From a bacterium (GTDB lineage Bacteria; Patescibacteriota; Patescibacteriia; UBA10025): a DNA stretch of 64,000 nucleotides. The position numbers and the translations under genes are program-made. How positions within the stretch are numbered: position 1 is the stretch's first letter; every line of letters begins with the position of its first letter. Under the pieces are notes generated by a model. That model saw only the letters and a program-made list of their open reading frames with translations, had not been told where the DNA came from and did not search any database. Positions 29,434-39,323 of this stretch are shown here, one piece after another. The stretch is taken from positions 31,373 to 95,372 of the forward strand of contig JAKAGM010000002.1 of the NCBI GenBank assembly GCA_021815445.1, given 5' to 3'.

Positions 29434-29853
29434 TTAATATATTCTTACCCCGTACTTTTTCACCAGAGTCCGTTTTTTTGATGTTTTGATCTCCGTATTA
29501 CTCATTAACTGCCGCAACAACGGTTTGGGCAGGACGGCTTTACCCGCCGCGCACATTTTTTTCTGCCAGATGAGCCGTTTAATGTGACCCAAATTGTGTT
29601 TTGACCAGAGACTATTTTGCCGGCGAGGGGAGAAGCGGATGATATGTTTTGTATCGCCCAGACTTTTTAAGATTCCATCTACCCAGCCATAACAAAGAGC
29701 TTCGTCAAGTGCTTCCTGGTAAGTCATCGTAGGCTTGTTAGCATGCTTTTTATAAAACAGCAACCAGGCGGAGTCCTGTTGACTATGGTTCTTTGCCAGC
29801 CACTTCCGGAAGAGTTGAGCGTTTTTAAAGTAAAAGATTTTGCCGACTTGCAT
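29434..29853 (-). CDS. YdeI/OmpD-associated family protein
   Basis: FRKWLAKNH...LLFYKK...ALCYGWVDG pattern. Confidence 0.5.
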   Translation of the reverse strand: MQVGKIFYFKNAQLFRKWLAKNHSQQDSAWLLFYKKHANKPTMTYQEALDEALCYGWVDGILKSLGDTKHIIRFSPRRQNSLWSKHNLGHIKRLIWQKKMCAAGKAVLPKPLLRQLMSNTEIKTSKKRTLVKKYGVRIY

Positions 29854-29936
29854 AGACTTGTAGCAGTTCTAAAGATTATCGCGCGAGTGGCCGCTTCGCC
29901 GGAGGCTCACAGCCTCGCCGAGGCTAGGCGGGCAGG

Positions 29937-29959
29937 CGAGCGCAGAGACCTGCGCTCGG
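29937..29959. repeat. Palindromic repeat CGAGCGCAG-agac-CTGCGCTCGG
   Basis: Shortened version of the 3341 repeat. Preceded by GC-rich gccgaggctaggcgggcaggcg. Confidence 0.5.
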
Positions 29960-30012
29960 AAGTTAAAAAAAAGACTCAAAAGATTTAATTTGATTTACTC
30001 AATTCTTATCCG

Positions 30013-32631
30013 CTAGAAATATCCGGCCGCGATTGTAACGCCACTTTGGTAGCCGGTGGAGTAGGCGTTGAATTCTTTCAGTACCTGTTTTCCTTTTTGG
30101 TCGAATATTCTCACTGTCGGGTTACTGTTGCCGCCGACTCCCGTAATAATCTCATCCTTGCCGTCGCCATTCACATCAACCATTGTTACAGAGATGCCGC
30201 CCCTGAATGAAGGACTGAAGGCCATAAATCCATTATTCAGCAGCCCAAGTTTGTTATTACTCCCTACACCGAATATTCGGACATGAGGGCCGCCGGCGCT
30301 GACAATACCGGTCATAATCTCATCCTTCCCGTCGCCATTAATGTCTCCAACAGTTGAATTTATCCCGCCACGGAATTTGGCGTCATACGCCATGATGCTG
30401 CCGCCCACTGGCACGTATTTATTATTTTGTAAACCGAACACCCTTATCTGCGGGCCGCCCTTACTGGTCGGGCTGGTCACAATCTCATTTTTTCCATCTC
30501 CATGAATATCGCCTACGGAAACTGCGATGCCGCCCCGGAAATTCTTATCATAGGCCAAAAAGTCAGAAATCACGCGCACCATTTTGCCGCTTTTTAGTCC
30601 GAATATTCTGATATTCGGCCCGGCACCGCCCATAGGAGCGGTGATAATTTCCGCCCGCCCGTCTCCATTAACATCGGCTGCGGTTATATTCACGCCACCC
30701 TTATATGTCTTATCGTAAGCAAAATAATCCAGCTTTTTACCCGTTCCATCGGGGCTGAATATTTTAATTGTTGAATCTCCGCCCTCGCGCATGCTGGTAA
30801 TAATTTCGGCTCTGCCGTCGCCGTTGATATCGCCAACGGCCACATTAACCCCGCCGCGAAACTTCGCGTCATACGCGTTGAAACTTTTGAGTAATTTTCC
30901 AGCTGTGGTCAATACTCGCACCTCCGGCCCGCCGCCGGCCTTAGTACCCGTGACAATAAAGGGAGTACCGGCTTTCTGGCCCAAAATTTTTGGGATATAC
31001 GTATCAGCTACAACTTTATAGGCATTTATCACCCCGCCATCAACGTCCCGCCAAAGCCGTGTAATGATTTCATCGGGCGGTATGGTGGGATATTTTTGGA
31101 TAAGCAAGGAAATGATGCCGCTGATGATGGGTGCGGCAAAAGAAGTGCCGTCACCCTGATCATAAAAGCCGCCGAGGGTGCTATAAGCCGGAACGGCTGT
31201 GGTAACAATATCTACACCCGGGGCATAGGCATCGACGCATTTACTGCCAAAATTAGACCAAGCGGTTAAATAATTATTAGCATCGACGGCGCCAACCCCG
31301 ACCACCAAAAAATTGCTGCCCTCATTACATACCGGCGATTGCGGTATGATGTTTAAATCCTGCCCGATGCCGCCCTCCACGTCTCCGTTGCCGGCAGCGG
31401 CGACAATAATAGCTCCTTTATCATAGGCATATTTGATGGCCGAATTGAACTCTGTTGTATAACCCGTTGTTGCCCAAGTGCTCAGGCTCATATTAATGAT
31501 TTTTGCGCCGTTATCTGCAGCATAGCGTATGGCCTTTACAATGGCCGACGTCGAACAGCCGGATTGTGAATCACAAACAATGAGGGGCATCAGTCTGACA
31601 CCTGAGTTAATCCCGGCAATGCCAACCTGGTTATTGCTCACGGCGCCGATAATTCCTGCCACCATGGTCCCGTGTGTGCCGCGGGTCGTCATTTCGCCGT
31701 TATTGGTAAGGTAATTCCAGCCGTAGATATCGTCGATATAACCATTTTTATCATCATCGACGCTGTTTCCGATTTTCTCCTTGGCATTAATCCAAATATT
31801 ATTCCGCAAATCCGGATGATTGATATATACACCGTCATCAATAATGGCCACTATCGGGCCGGACTTTTGGGACACAAGCCCCCAGGCATCATTAATCTTT
31901 ACCTGCTGTATATACGTTTGCAGGTAAGAGTAAGGATCATTGGTTATCCCCGGTAAAATTTCAAGACTTGGTCCGGTCGCAGTAACCTCAGCGCTGTCGT
32001 CTGCGAACTTCAGCTTCATGGTAACGGGGCCGGTGGAGGCGCCGACCGGTACGGGAACATCAATTTCGCCGCTTGTCCATACGCTGGCCGTACTGGCAGA
32101 CACTCCGTTAAAAAATACATAGAGATAATACGTTGAATTCGCCGCACCTCCCAAGGCATCCTGAAAGTATCTGCCGGAGATTTTAACAGTATCTCCAACA
32201 TGCGCTTGCGCGATATTCAAAGAGGTTATGGCGGGCTGTACATGATAATATGGCCCGTCGTAGGACGTAGTATCTGTTTTAACATGGATCTGGCCTCCGA
32301 CCATTATCGAGCCAGGATCGCTGGTAACCGTAGTGACAATCGTGGTATCTGACCATGAAGTGACTTCAGTAGAACCATAGGTAGTGCAAAGTCCTGAATA
32401 GGACAAGTCATTATTAAGATAATTGAAACAAACCTGGTCGCCGCTATTATCATATGCGCCGAAACCGCTGCCGGTAATTGTCAGCTCAGTTTCTCCCGGT
32501 GTGATGGCAGAAGGCGAAATGCTGGTAATAGTAGCGGCTTTTACCTGTTTTGGGAGAATAGACAACGCAACTCCTACTACAGCGACGGCTGCAATAAACC
32601 CGAATCTGCCAAAACCTTTATTATTTATCAT
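30013..32631 (-). CDS. S8 subtilisin-like serine protease with N-terminal Ig-like domains and C-terminal FG-GAP repeats
   Basis: Catalytic triad in VAIIDDGV / HGTMVAG / GTSFAAP. About seven FRGG-x-VGDINGDG-x-EI repeats (FG-GAP). Signal or TM segment at the N-terminus. ATG start chosen at MINNKGFGRF. Confidence 0.7.
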   Translation of the reverse strand: MINNKGFGRFGFIAAVAVVGVALSILPKQVKAATITSISPSAITPGETELTITGSGFGAYDNSGDQVCFNYLNNDLSYSGLCTTYGSTEVTSWSDTTIVTTVTSDPGSIMVGGQIHVKTDTTSYDGPYYHVQPAITSLNIAQAHVGDTVKISGRYFQDALGGAANSTYYLYVFFNGVSASTASVWTSGEIDVPVPVGASTGPVTMKLKFADDSAEVTATGPSLEILPGITNDPYSYLQTYIQQVKINDAWGLVSQKSGPIVAIIDDGVYINHPDLRNNIWINAKEKIGNSVDDDKNGYIDDIYGWNYLTNNGEMTTRGTHGTMVAGIIGAVSNNQVGIAGINSGVRLMPLIVCDSQSGCSTSAIVKAIRYAADNGAKIINMSLSTWATTGYTTEFNSAIKYAYDKGAIIVAAAGNGDVEGGIGQDLNIIPQSPVCNEGSNFLVVGVGAVDANNYLTAWSNFGSKCVDAYAPGVDIVTTAVPAYSTLGGFYDQGDGTSFAAPIISGIISLLIQKYPTIPPDEIITRLWRDVDGGVINAYKVVADTYIPKILGQKAGTPFIVTGTKAGGGPEVRVLTTAGKLLKSFNAYDAKFRGGVNVAVGDINGDGRAEIITSMREGGDSTIKIFSPDGTGKKLDYFAYDKTYKGGVNITAADVNGDGRAEIITAPMGGAGPNIRIFGLKSGKMVRVISDFLAYDKNFRGGIAVSVGDIHGDGKNEIVTSPTSKGGPQIRVFGLQNNKYVPVGGSIMAYDAKFRGGINSTVGDINGDGKDEIMTGIVSAGGPHVRIFGVGSNNKLGLLNNGFMAFSPSFRGGISVTMVDVNGDGKDEIITGVGGNSNPTVRIFDQKGKQVLKEFNAYSTGYQSGVTIAAGYF

Positions 32632-32782
32632 GTATTTGTAATAATTAGTAGCTACTCTCAATGAAATTATACACCCGCAAAACTAATATACAACATATGC
32701 ATTCATCAATTCTGTGGGTTAATAAATACCAAAAAACAGACCGAACACACGTTTCCCAGCGTACAATTGGTTTATTGATGAC

Positions 32783-32810
32783 GAGCGCACCCTAGAGAGG
32801 ATGCGCTCGG
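32783..32810. repeat. Palindromic repeat CGAGCGCA-ccctagagagga-TGCGCTCGG
   Basis: Same terminal arms as the 3341 and 29937 copies. Confidence 0.5.
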
Positions 32811-32832
32811 TTGGCTGTGATATTTCGAATTA

Positions 32833-33306
32833 TTAAATCGGATTTCCCGCATTATCCCGTCCGTGTACCCAGTCGTACCGCTCCACGAAACGGAGGTAAA
32901 AACCGAAAGGATCTAGCATCCTGAAGTCTAATTTGTCAAAACGGATTTTCAGCGGCCCAATAATGGAATCCGGGTACAGACGGAAAATTTTTTCATAAAG
33001 CGCCTTGATGTCATCATGCGGCAAAATTATTTCCACCCCATATCCGCGCGGAGTATCCTTGGGAAAGCGCTTGAAATATGACTGCTCATAAATATGTTCA
33101 TTACCGCAATAAAAGTTAATAATACTGTCGCCGTTTTTCATGACCATGTAGCCCTTTTTCCCTTCGGGCTTTTTCTCCCACACGACATGGAACCCCAAGT
33201 CCCCGTAAAACTTCTTGACCAGCTCAAAATCGGGGACATGCAGTTCAAGTAAAATGTCAGAGGTTAATTTAGGCATGGCGGTATTCATAATATTATGTTT
33301 TTTCAT
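32833..33306 (-). CDS. VOC (glyoxalase/bleomycin-resistance) family protein
   Basis: LHVPDFELVKKFYGDLGF is a VOC beta-alpha-beta-beta-beta module. Confidence 0.5.
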   Translation of the reverse strand: MKKHNIMNTAMPKLTSDILLELHVPDFELVKKFYGDLGFHVVWEKKPEGKKGYMVMKNGDSIINFYCGNEHIYEQSYFKRFPKDTPRGYGVEIILPHDDIKALYEKIFRLYPDSIIGPLKIRFDKLDFRMLDPFGFYLRFVERYDWVHGRDNAGNPI

Positions 33307-33410
33307 ATTTTTTTATTTTAAAATTCCGTAATTAAAGTGAACCCTGCTATCAAATTTTACCGCAATTGATGCGGTAAGCATGAATTAGTCGTTAGATATA
33401 TCCAGTTTAC

Positions 33411-34622
33411 TCATGAAGTTTCTCGGGCGCCTAATTGGACGGCATCGCCGCGCCGTTCTACGCCGGTTCTCTCGATATAGTTCACTGCTTTATCGGAAAA
33501 CGCAGTCGGATAGGAATCTGCTTGGTATTCCAACTTTAATCTTGCTCTGTCGCTCGTCTCATCAAGCTCAAAGATGCCGTAGTACACGTTGTTTTCCTTT
33601 GTTGTGATTTTCAACCTGTGATTGGGATAATCTACTTCGAATGTACCGCTGATGTCCCCGGAAAACTTGTCGCCGCCCGATTCATCCTCTGCGGAAAGCA
33701 CTATATTCCCCGTGTAGTACGGCGTGCTTGCTTCGATAAAAGTGATAATGTCAATCGGCGGCCGGAGTTCCCACTTCGTGGTGAGAAGCCATGTGCCGGT
33801 TATTTTTCCTTCGTTGCCCGAATGAAGCAGAGGAGTATTCGTTAGGTAGGGCTGATAGGCGTTGAAAGCGGGGATTACTTGGCCGTCTTGCGTCGGTTCC
33901 AAATAATGTTTCTTCCACCAAGCGACCACTTTTTCCTTATCGCTGGTTTTCAAGTAATCGTACGGCGAAACTGAAGTGCCGTTACCCTTATCAATCCCGT
34001 CATCGCGCAACGAGTCTACTAAGGTAAATTCGCCGCTCGATATCGTCGGCTGGAAACTTTTGCCCGTGCCGATAGTATCTCCGATTTTGACAACTTCGCC
34101 GACTTTCACCACAGGTTGATCAATCTCCATATGGATACCGGAGAGGTTATGGCCATAGTCTACGCTGATATGGTATTCATCGCCTGACAGCGCGACGCTA
34201 GTGATAGTCCCGTCCCCCCAACTTCTAGCCGGTGTACCTTTTTTCAGTTCAATCCAGACGTGGTCCAGTCCTTCGATGTGGCCTCCTGCCGCCAATCCGT
34301 AGCCGACCATATACGTGTTGGTGCCCCCGAAGACCTCATCTTCAGTGTAAGGGAATGCCAGTCTCGTCGGCGAGCCGCAGTCGGGCACCGTCCACACGAT
34401 GTTGTCGAACATCGGATCTGGTCGGGCTTGGGTGCCGCAAGGTAATGTCCCACTGTTTGCATTCTTGGCAGTTTGCACATCAGCCTGTGCGCTATTTTGT
34501 ACGTTTTCTTGGGAGTTATCTCGGGGCTTATTCAACTTACTTTTTATATTTCCGTAGCTAGCTATGCCGGCTATGCCGAGGAGTGCAATGATGGCTATAG
34601 GAATGAGTACTTTTTTAGACAT
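33411..34622 (-). CDS. Secreted hypothetical protein (N-terminal TM/signal), possibly a degenerate M23/LytM-like domain
   Basis: Signal anchor. A GHIEGLDH...GHNLSGIHME region is weakly M23-like. Confidence 0.3.
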   Translation of the reverse strand: MSKKVLIPIAIIALLGIAGIASYGNIKSKLNKPRDNSQENVQNSAQADVQTAKNANSGTLPCGTQARPDPMFDNIVWTVPDCGSPTRLAFPYTEDEVFGGTNTYMVGYGLAAGGHIEGLDHVWIELKKGTPARSWGDGTITSVALSGDEYHISVDYGHNLSGIHMEIDQPVVKVGEVVKIGDTIGTGKSFQPTISSGEFTLVDSLRDDGIDKGNGTSVSPYDYLKTSDKEKVVAWWKKHYLEPTQDGQVIPAFNAYQPYLTNTPLLHSGNEGKITGTWLLTTKWELRPPIDIITFIEASTPYYTGNIVLSAEDESGGDKFSGDISGTFEVDYPNHRLKITTKENNVYYGIFELDETSDRARLKLEYQADSYPTAFSDKAVNYIERTGVERRGDAVQLGARETS

Positions 34623-34735
34623 AGATTTTTGTTAGCTTTTCGGCGTGAAATTTTTGATTGAGGCAGGAGAGTTGGGTTATGAGTTTTTTGAACGTCATCT
34701 TATTGCCCTTACTCGTTATTAACAAGATCAGAAAT

Positions 34736-35704
34736 TTAATTTTCCACTTGCGTAGTAATTAATAACCCGATGAGCCGATGCACCTCAATAAAAGATTCTT
34801 TGATCACTTTTTTATCAGTTATCGGTGTGCCACCTTCATGGACAATACCGTTTCTCCATCTAATTATATTGTTGATTTTTTTGTAGTCTACTTTTTTAAA
34901 CTTCTCCAGGGACCTGATAAATAAATTGACTTTATAGTAGACGCCCGCTTTAAGTATATTACTCTTATCTCTTTGTTCGAGCATATAATTTTGAGAAGTA
35001 TATTTTAAAATGTATTTGCTGATCGCAATCTCTAGCGCCGTAATTATTTCGATAATTGCTAATCGGTAATTGTGTTTAATTAAATACTCAATTGAATTAT
35101 TTAATATAATAATTTCTGAAAGTAACCTTTGATTCGATATTATGGACTTAATAACATATTGAAATCGCTGTGCGTCAATTTCTTCAATATCTTTGTAGGA
35201 TGAGCTAAACAGCGCAATGATTGAGCGATAGTCTTTAATTTTTTCCCATTTCCCATCTTTTTTTATTTCTACTTGCCATAAATTAATGTAACTAGAATAA
35301 TCTCTCGAGTCTTCATTTATTTCATGTAAGTTTAAAATATGGCCAATATTTCTGAAATGAAGTATTAAAAGATTTATTATTTTTAGAGTTCTGCGATAGA
35401 TTTTTCTCGTATCTTTGTATAGATTGTGTTTAGACTCTAGGTCATAGTAAACAATTAAGTAATCTACTTTTATGATAAATCGTTCATCTTCAGACTTAAC
35501 AGGGCCAAGGCGCTCCATGTTTAATTTGACTTTACAGTTTATTTTTCTTTCTAATTGAAAAGTAAACTGAGTTTGGAAAGTTGATAGTTCTGTACTTTTT
35601 ACTGGAATGGCAATATTTACTGGGTACTTAAACTTAAAGTGATATCTCATAGTACAAATTGAATCTTTACTACTTGTTTTTTTAATACTATTATCACTAC
35701 CCAC
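34736..35704 (-). CDS. AT-rich hypothetical protein with C-terminal Rx4H (HEPN-like) motif; candidate Abi/defense protein
   Basis: Gene GC is far below the flanking DNA. The C-terminal NIIRWRNGIVHEGG carries R-x4-H in a predicted helical region. About 320 aa, similar in size to Abi_2/AbiD-like proteins. Confidence 0.35.
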   Translation of the reverse strand: MGSDNSIKKTSSKDSICTMRYHFKFKYPVNIAIPVKSTELSTFQTQFTFQLERKINCKVKLNMERLGPVKSEDERFIIKVDYLIVYYDLESKHNLYKDTRKIYRRTLKIINLLILHFRNIGHILNLHEINEDSRDYSSYINLWQVEIKKDGKWEKIKDYRSIIALFSSSYKDIEEIDAQRFQYVIKSIISNQRLLSEIIILNNSIEYLIKHNYRLAIIEIITALEIAISKYILKYTSQNYMLEQRDKSNILKAGVYYKVNLFIRSLEKFKKVDYKKINNIIRWRNGIVHEGGTPITDKKVIKESFIEVHRLIGLLITTQVEN

Positions 35705-35777
35705 AGCCCCACTGACGGCACGAGGTAGGCGAGGTCAAACCAGCCGACTTGGTTTTATTGAGGGTTCAGTGACATTC

Positions 35778-36194
35778 CTATGTTTCATGCAGCTCGTAAG
35801 ATGTTTTTATCCACTGCAAGAGCTTAGCATCGACATCCTTTTTGCTCTTCAGGTCAAAGTAGTAGAGGTAGCGATTAGGGGACATGCGGATCATTTTATA
35901 TAGTTTCTTGGTTTTAATTTTACCATCAGTGCGGAAATCAATCCGGATTCTGTCCCGGAGCGCCCATACTCCGCCAAACGTGTATGTGCTGACCAGATGG
36001 ATACAGCAGGGCAGGGATTCTATTTTCACCGGTCCGATTTTTTTCGTGATTTCCTGCTTCAGGTGTCCAAACAGTCCCTTGGCGTATTCCTTATTCTTGA
36101 AATGGTTTGCGAGCGGGTAGCTGACGCAGGAGTGCGCCTGGTTTTTCTTCTCAAATTGCCGTTTGCACTTCGGGCAAGTCCAAAGTTTTTGCAT
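35778..36194 (-). CDS. Hypothetical protein with N-terminal zinc-finger-like CPKCx10HSC
   Basis: MQKLWTCPKCKRQFEKKNQAHSC. Adjacent to the AT-rich gene. Confidence 0.35.
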   Translation of the reverse strand: MQKLWTCPKCKRQFEKKNQAHSCVSYPLANHFKNKEYAKGLFGHLKQEITKKIGPVKIESLPCCIHLVSTYTFGGVWALRDRIRIDFRTDGKIKTKKLYKMIRMSPNRYLYYFDLKSKKDVDAKLLQWIKTSYELHET

Positions 36195-36246
36195 AAGTTA
36201 TCAATACATTGTCAGCTCCCGTTCAGCCGGGGGAGCTGGCGACCAA

Positions 36247-36651
36247 TTATGTCGTTGGATTAGAATTTTGAATCGCGGACTTTGGCTTGAATAATACCGG
36301 CCCCACAGCCACGCCGATAAATATCAGATAGGTGCCCAAATGGCCGAAGACTTTGCCGGCTGTCTGATTGGGGATGGCAATTATCAATAAGATGACTGCT
36401 ACCATTACTGCCCAGATTATTCCATAAGTTAAGGATTGTTTGATTGAAGCAGAATGAAGTCGGCGGGAAAACCACAATGAGCAGGCGGCCAATAGCATTG
36501 CGATAACCACCCCGACCCAGAGGAATTTCGCCGGGGGATACTCCGTGTCCTCAGTGCCGGTAACTAGCGACATGATAAAGATTAAAACCATCGTGATGAT
36601 GAAGAGCAGGAAGCCGAAGCCGAAGATTTTGAGATATGAAGTTTTTGGCAT
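36247..36651 (-). CDS. Small membrane protein (4 TM)
   Basis: Four hydrophobic helices. Confidence 0.4.
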   Translation of the reverse strand: MPKTSYLKIFGFGFLLFIITMVLIFIMSLVTGTEDTEYPPAKFLWVGVVIAMLLAACSLWFSRRLHSASIKQSLTYGIIWAVMVAVILLIIAIPNQTAGKVFGHLGTYLIFIGVAVGPVLFKPKSAIQNSNPTT

Positions 36652-36665
36652 AGCGGTTATAAAAG

Positions 36666-37379
36666 TTAATTTCTTTCTAAATATTTCTCAATGAACTCTT
36701 TTTCTTTTTTGATATTATTAGGATGAATGCCGCTTTCGCAGATGATGGGCGCGTCTATGTTTTTAATAGCCGCGACGATCTCTTTTTGATGCATTTCAAA
36801 AAGTGGCACATGAGGTTTTTCGGTCCCGAGTCCGCTTACATGGTAATGGGTGAGTTTATTGCCAAGCGCCGCATAGAATTGGTCGGCGAGTTTCATTGTC
36901 GGGTCGTTAGTTTTGATATGGTTCACGTCGAGGACGAAACGGAATGAAGGATCACTATCAATGAGTTTTTTCACGTCTTCCGGCGTCTTGCCGTATGGTT
37001 TGGTGTTGTCCATGTTTTCGAATGCTACAGGGAAGGACAGGTTGCCGAAGACCGTGATATCCTCTACGTCGCAGGGATGGATCACGACGGCATCAAGCGG
37101 CCTCAAAGCATTGATTTTACCGATTATTGCAAAGATCTTTTTTACCGCTTCATTATTTTTGTATTTCATTACCGGAGCGTGAAGGCTCATGTACGCGAAA
37201 CCGTCTAAGTCCTTTGCGGTAAGCGCATCCAGCCATCCCCACTCAATGCACTCTTTTCTGACAACGCCTAGCTCAACGGCAAGACAGCCGGCCTGCTTAA
37301 TGACTTTAAGCGCTTCTCTAGTATCAAGATACTGTGCAAATGTGCCGGTGGAAAACCCGACTGAAAAACCGAGGAGCAT
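36666..37379 (-). CDS. Sugar phosphate isomerase/epimerase (xylose-isomerase-like TIM barrel)
   Basis: The ~235-aa length and a VLDVNH...E...H pattern are typical of AP-endonuclease-2/xylose-isomerase-like TIM barrels. Confidence 0.45.
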   Translation of the reverse strand: MLLGFSVGFSTGTFAQYLDTREALKVIKQAGCLAVELGVVRKECIEWGWLDALTAKDLDGFAYMSLHAPVMKYKNNEAVKKIFAIIGKINALRPLDAVVIHPCDVEDITVFGNLSFPVAFENMDNTKPYGKTPEDVKKLIDSDPSFRFVLDVNHIKTNDPTMKLADQFYAALGNKLTHYHVSGLGTEKPHVPLFEMHQKEIVAAIKNIDAPIICESGIHPNNIKKEKEFIEKYLERN

Positions 37380-37394
37380 GTTGAATGACGATAA

Positions 37395-38219
37395 TTATTT
37401 CGCCGAAACCGTGATCGGGGTCGACTTCGCTTCTATGCCGTTAACGAAGACCTTCACAAAATAATTCCCCGCTGTTGACGGCAAGGCGAAACAACAGGTG
37501 CCATTGGTGCCGGTTTGCAGGTTCGAAGGCGCGCTCTGCGGCTCAATCTCCCGTCCGGTACTGTCGGTTATTGAGAATGTTGATGCATCTCCTGCCTTAA
37601 AGGTTCCGGTAACGCTCAGGCCGAATTGGTCGCCGACCCGAAAGCTAGTGGTAGTCTCATAGGTATTAGTCGGACTGAAGGCAGTGCCTGCCGGGATACG
37701 CTGGAATTCCACCTTAGAGACCTGGCCGACGGAATTAGTGTTAGCTCCAACGCCGGCATTTACGGTCCCGTTAGTGTTTCCACCGGCCGCGGAGTTGGCG
37801 TTTGTTTTTGGTATGACAGTCAGTGTAATATTTCCGCAATCACGATCTGCGCAAATAAGATGGTAGGTGCCGCCCTGGTCATTATCCTGGATAATGGTGC
37901 CAAAAACGCCGTTAGTCGAAGCTGCAGCCGGCACTTCCCGGAACTTGAAATTTACCGGCTGGTCATCGCTCGTCAGGCGGATCTCTATCGTGTCGCCGGC
38001 ATGAAAGGTCATGGTTTTATAGTTCAGCTGGCCGTTTACCAGCTTGAGGTTAAAGACCTTATTGGAGCCGGTCAACGTATAGGGCGCCTCCGTCACGACT
38101 GCATTAATGTTTTTTGCAGTGTTGGCCGTAGTGGTCGCGGTTTTCTTAGTACAACCGGAGAGTATCAGCGCTGCCATAGCTAAAAGAACACAACTGCCGA
38201 GAATGAACTTTTTGTTCAT
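37395..38219 (-). CDS. Lipoprotein, hypothetical
   Basis: LILSGC lipobox. The C-terminal NGTCCFALPSTAGNYFVKVFVNG motif is shared with the next gene. Confidence 0.45.
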   Translation of the reverse strand: MNKKFILGSCVLLAMAALILSGCTKKTATTTANTAKNINAVVTEAPYTLTGSNKVFNLKLVNGQLNYKTMTFHAGDTIEIRLTSDDQPVNFKFREVPAAASTNGVFGTIIQDNDQGGTYHLICADRDCGNITLTVIPKTNANSAAGGNTNGTVNAGVGANTNSVGQVSKVEFQRIPAGTAFSPTNTYETTTSFRVGDQFGLSVTGTFKAGDASTFSITDSTGREIEPQSAPSNLQTGTNGTCCFALPSTAGNYFVKVFVNGIEAKSTPITVSAK

Positions 38220-38268
38220 ATGGATGGTGCTAGTTAATGAGTTAATTAACTAAAAATAGCGAAATTAA

Positions 38269-39294
38269 TCATTCAGAAATCAGTTCGAGCGTTTTTACCA
38301 GGTTATTGCCATAGTAAAAAAGGTATTGGTATCTGCCTTTGCCGGGAGGAGAAAAACAGCAGAGGCCGTTGGAGCCGCGTTTGGCATCCAGCTTTTGCTC
38401 GCCGCCGAAGATTTTACCAGCGGCATAATCGTAGACTTTTAAGGTGAGTGAGCCCTCGGATGGGAATGCGTTTGTCGTGGTAATGCTATACGCCAAGTCC
38501 TCGCTGCTGTCATCTAATCTCGAAATGCCGTAGGAGGCTGTCTGAGGCGGATCGTTTTTCTTGTGCGTGCCAAGCTCAATTGAGGCAAAATTATCGCTGT
38601 ATATGCGATCGTTCACTTTTTCGCCGCTGGCGCTGAAGCCTGCGTTAGCGCTGGTTCGGTTAGTGTTCGTGCCGGATCCGGCGATCTGCAGCGAATCAAG
38701 CAAATGGGTTACGATGCTTTTGTATTGCGTGACCCTGCTCGTAGGAACCGTCACTTCCATGAGCGCCCAGCTGGTCCTATTGTCTCCGGCGAAAAATATC
38801 AGGTAGCGGGAAAAAACGGTATATTGGTTGGCACCGGAAGTGACGTGTATTTCAGTCCGGGCGTCAGACTGATTTACACTTTCATTTGTCATGTCGGCGT
38901 TCGGGTTTTTATCAGCCCTGGCTTTGTCGTCAGCAACTATTTCAGCCATGCTCATTTTACTATCTACTACTCCTTTCTCGGATACTGACAGCACAACCGA
39001 ATCCGGGTTTGTAGAAAAATACATGATGCTATACCCATGGCGCTGTTCCTCAGGAATTGATTTTTGGACTTCTTCTGGAGTAACACTCGTCCATTCTTTC
39101 ACCATGTCAAAAACGTATAGTGAGTTGCTGGAATTGGTTTCATAAATGACATTCGGCGCCGAAACGTTAGCGTTGGACGCCGGCTGGTTTGTAACGTTGG
39201 CATTTGTGTTCGACCGCGTACCGAGCCAGTAGGCGCCGCCGGCTATGGCAAGCACGGCGAGTATGATGATTGTGATGACCACAGGTTTCTTCAT
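38269..39294 (-). CDS. Secreted/membrane-anchored hypothetical protein, paralogous C-terminal domain
   Basis: N-terminal TM helix. The C-terminal NGLCCFSPPGKGRYQYLFYYGNN parallels the lipoprotein. Confidence 0.4.
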   Translation of the reverse strand: MKKPVVITIIILAVLAIAGGAYWLGTRSNTNANVTNQPASNANVSAPNVIYETNSSNSLYVFDMVKEWTSVTPEEVQKSIPEEQRHGYSIMYFSTNPDSVVLSVSEKGVVDSKMSMAEIVADDKARADKNPNADMTNESVNQSDARTEIHVTSGANQYTVFSRYLIFFAGDNRTSWALMEVTVPTSRVTQYKSIVTHLLDSLQIAGSGTNTNRTSANAGFSASGEKVNDRIYSDNFASIELGTHKKNDPPQTASYGISRLDDSSEDLAYSITTTNAFPSEGSLTLKVYDYAAGKIFGGEQKLDAKRGSNGLCCFSPPGKGRYQYLFYYGNNLVKTLELISE

Positions 39295-39323
39295 ATGTGG
39301 TGTATTTGGTTAATCAATTTGCA

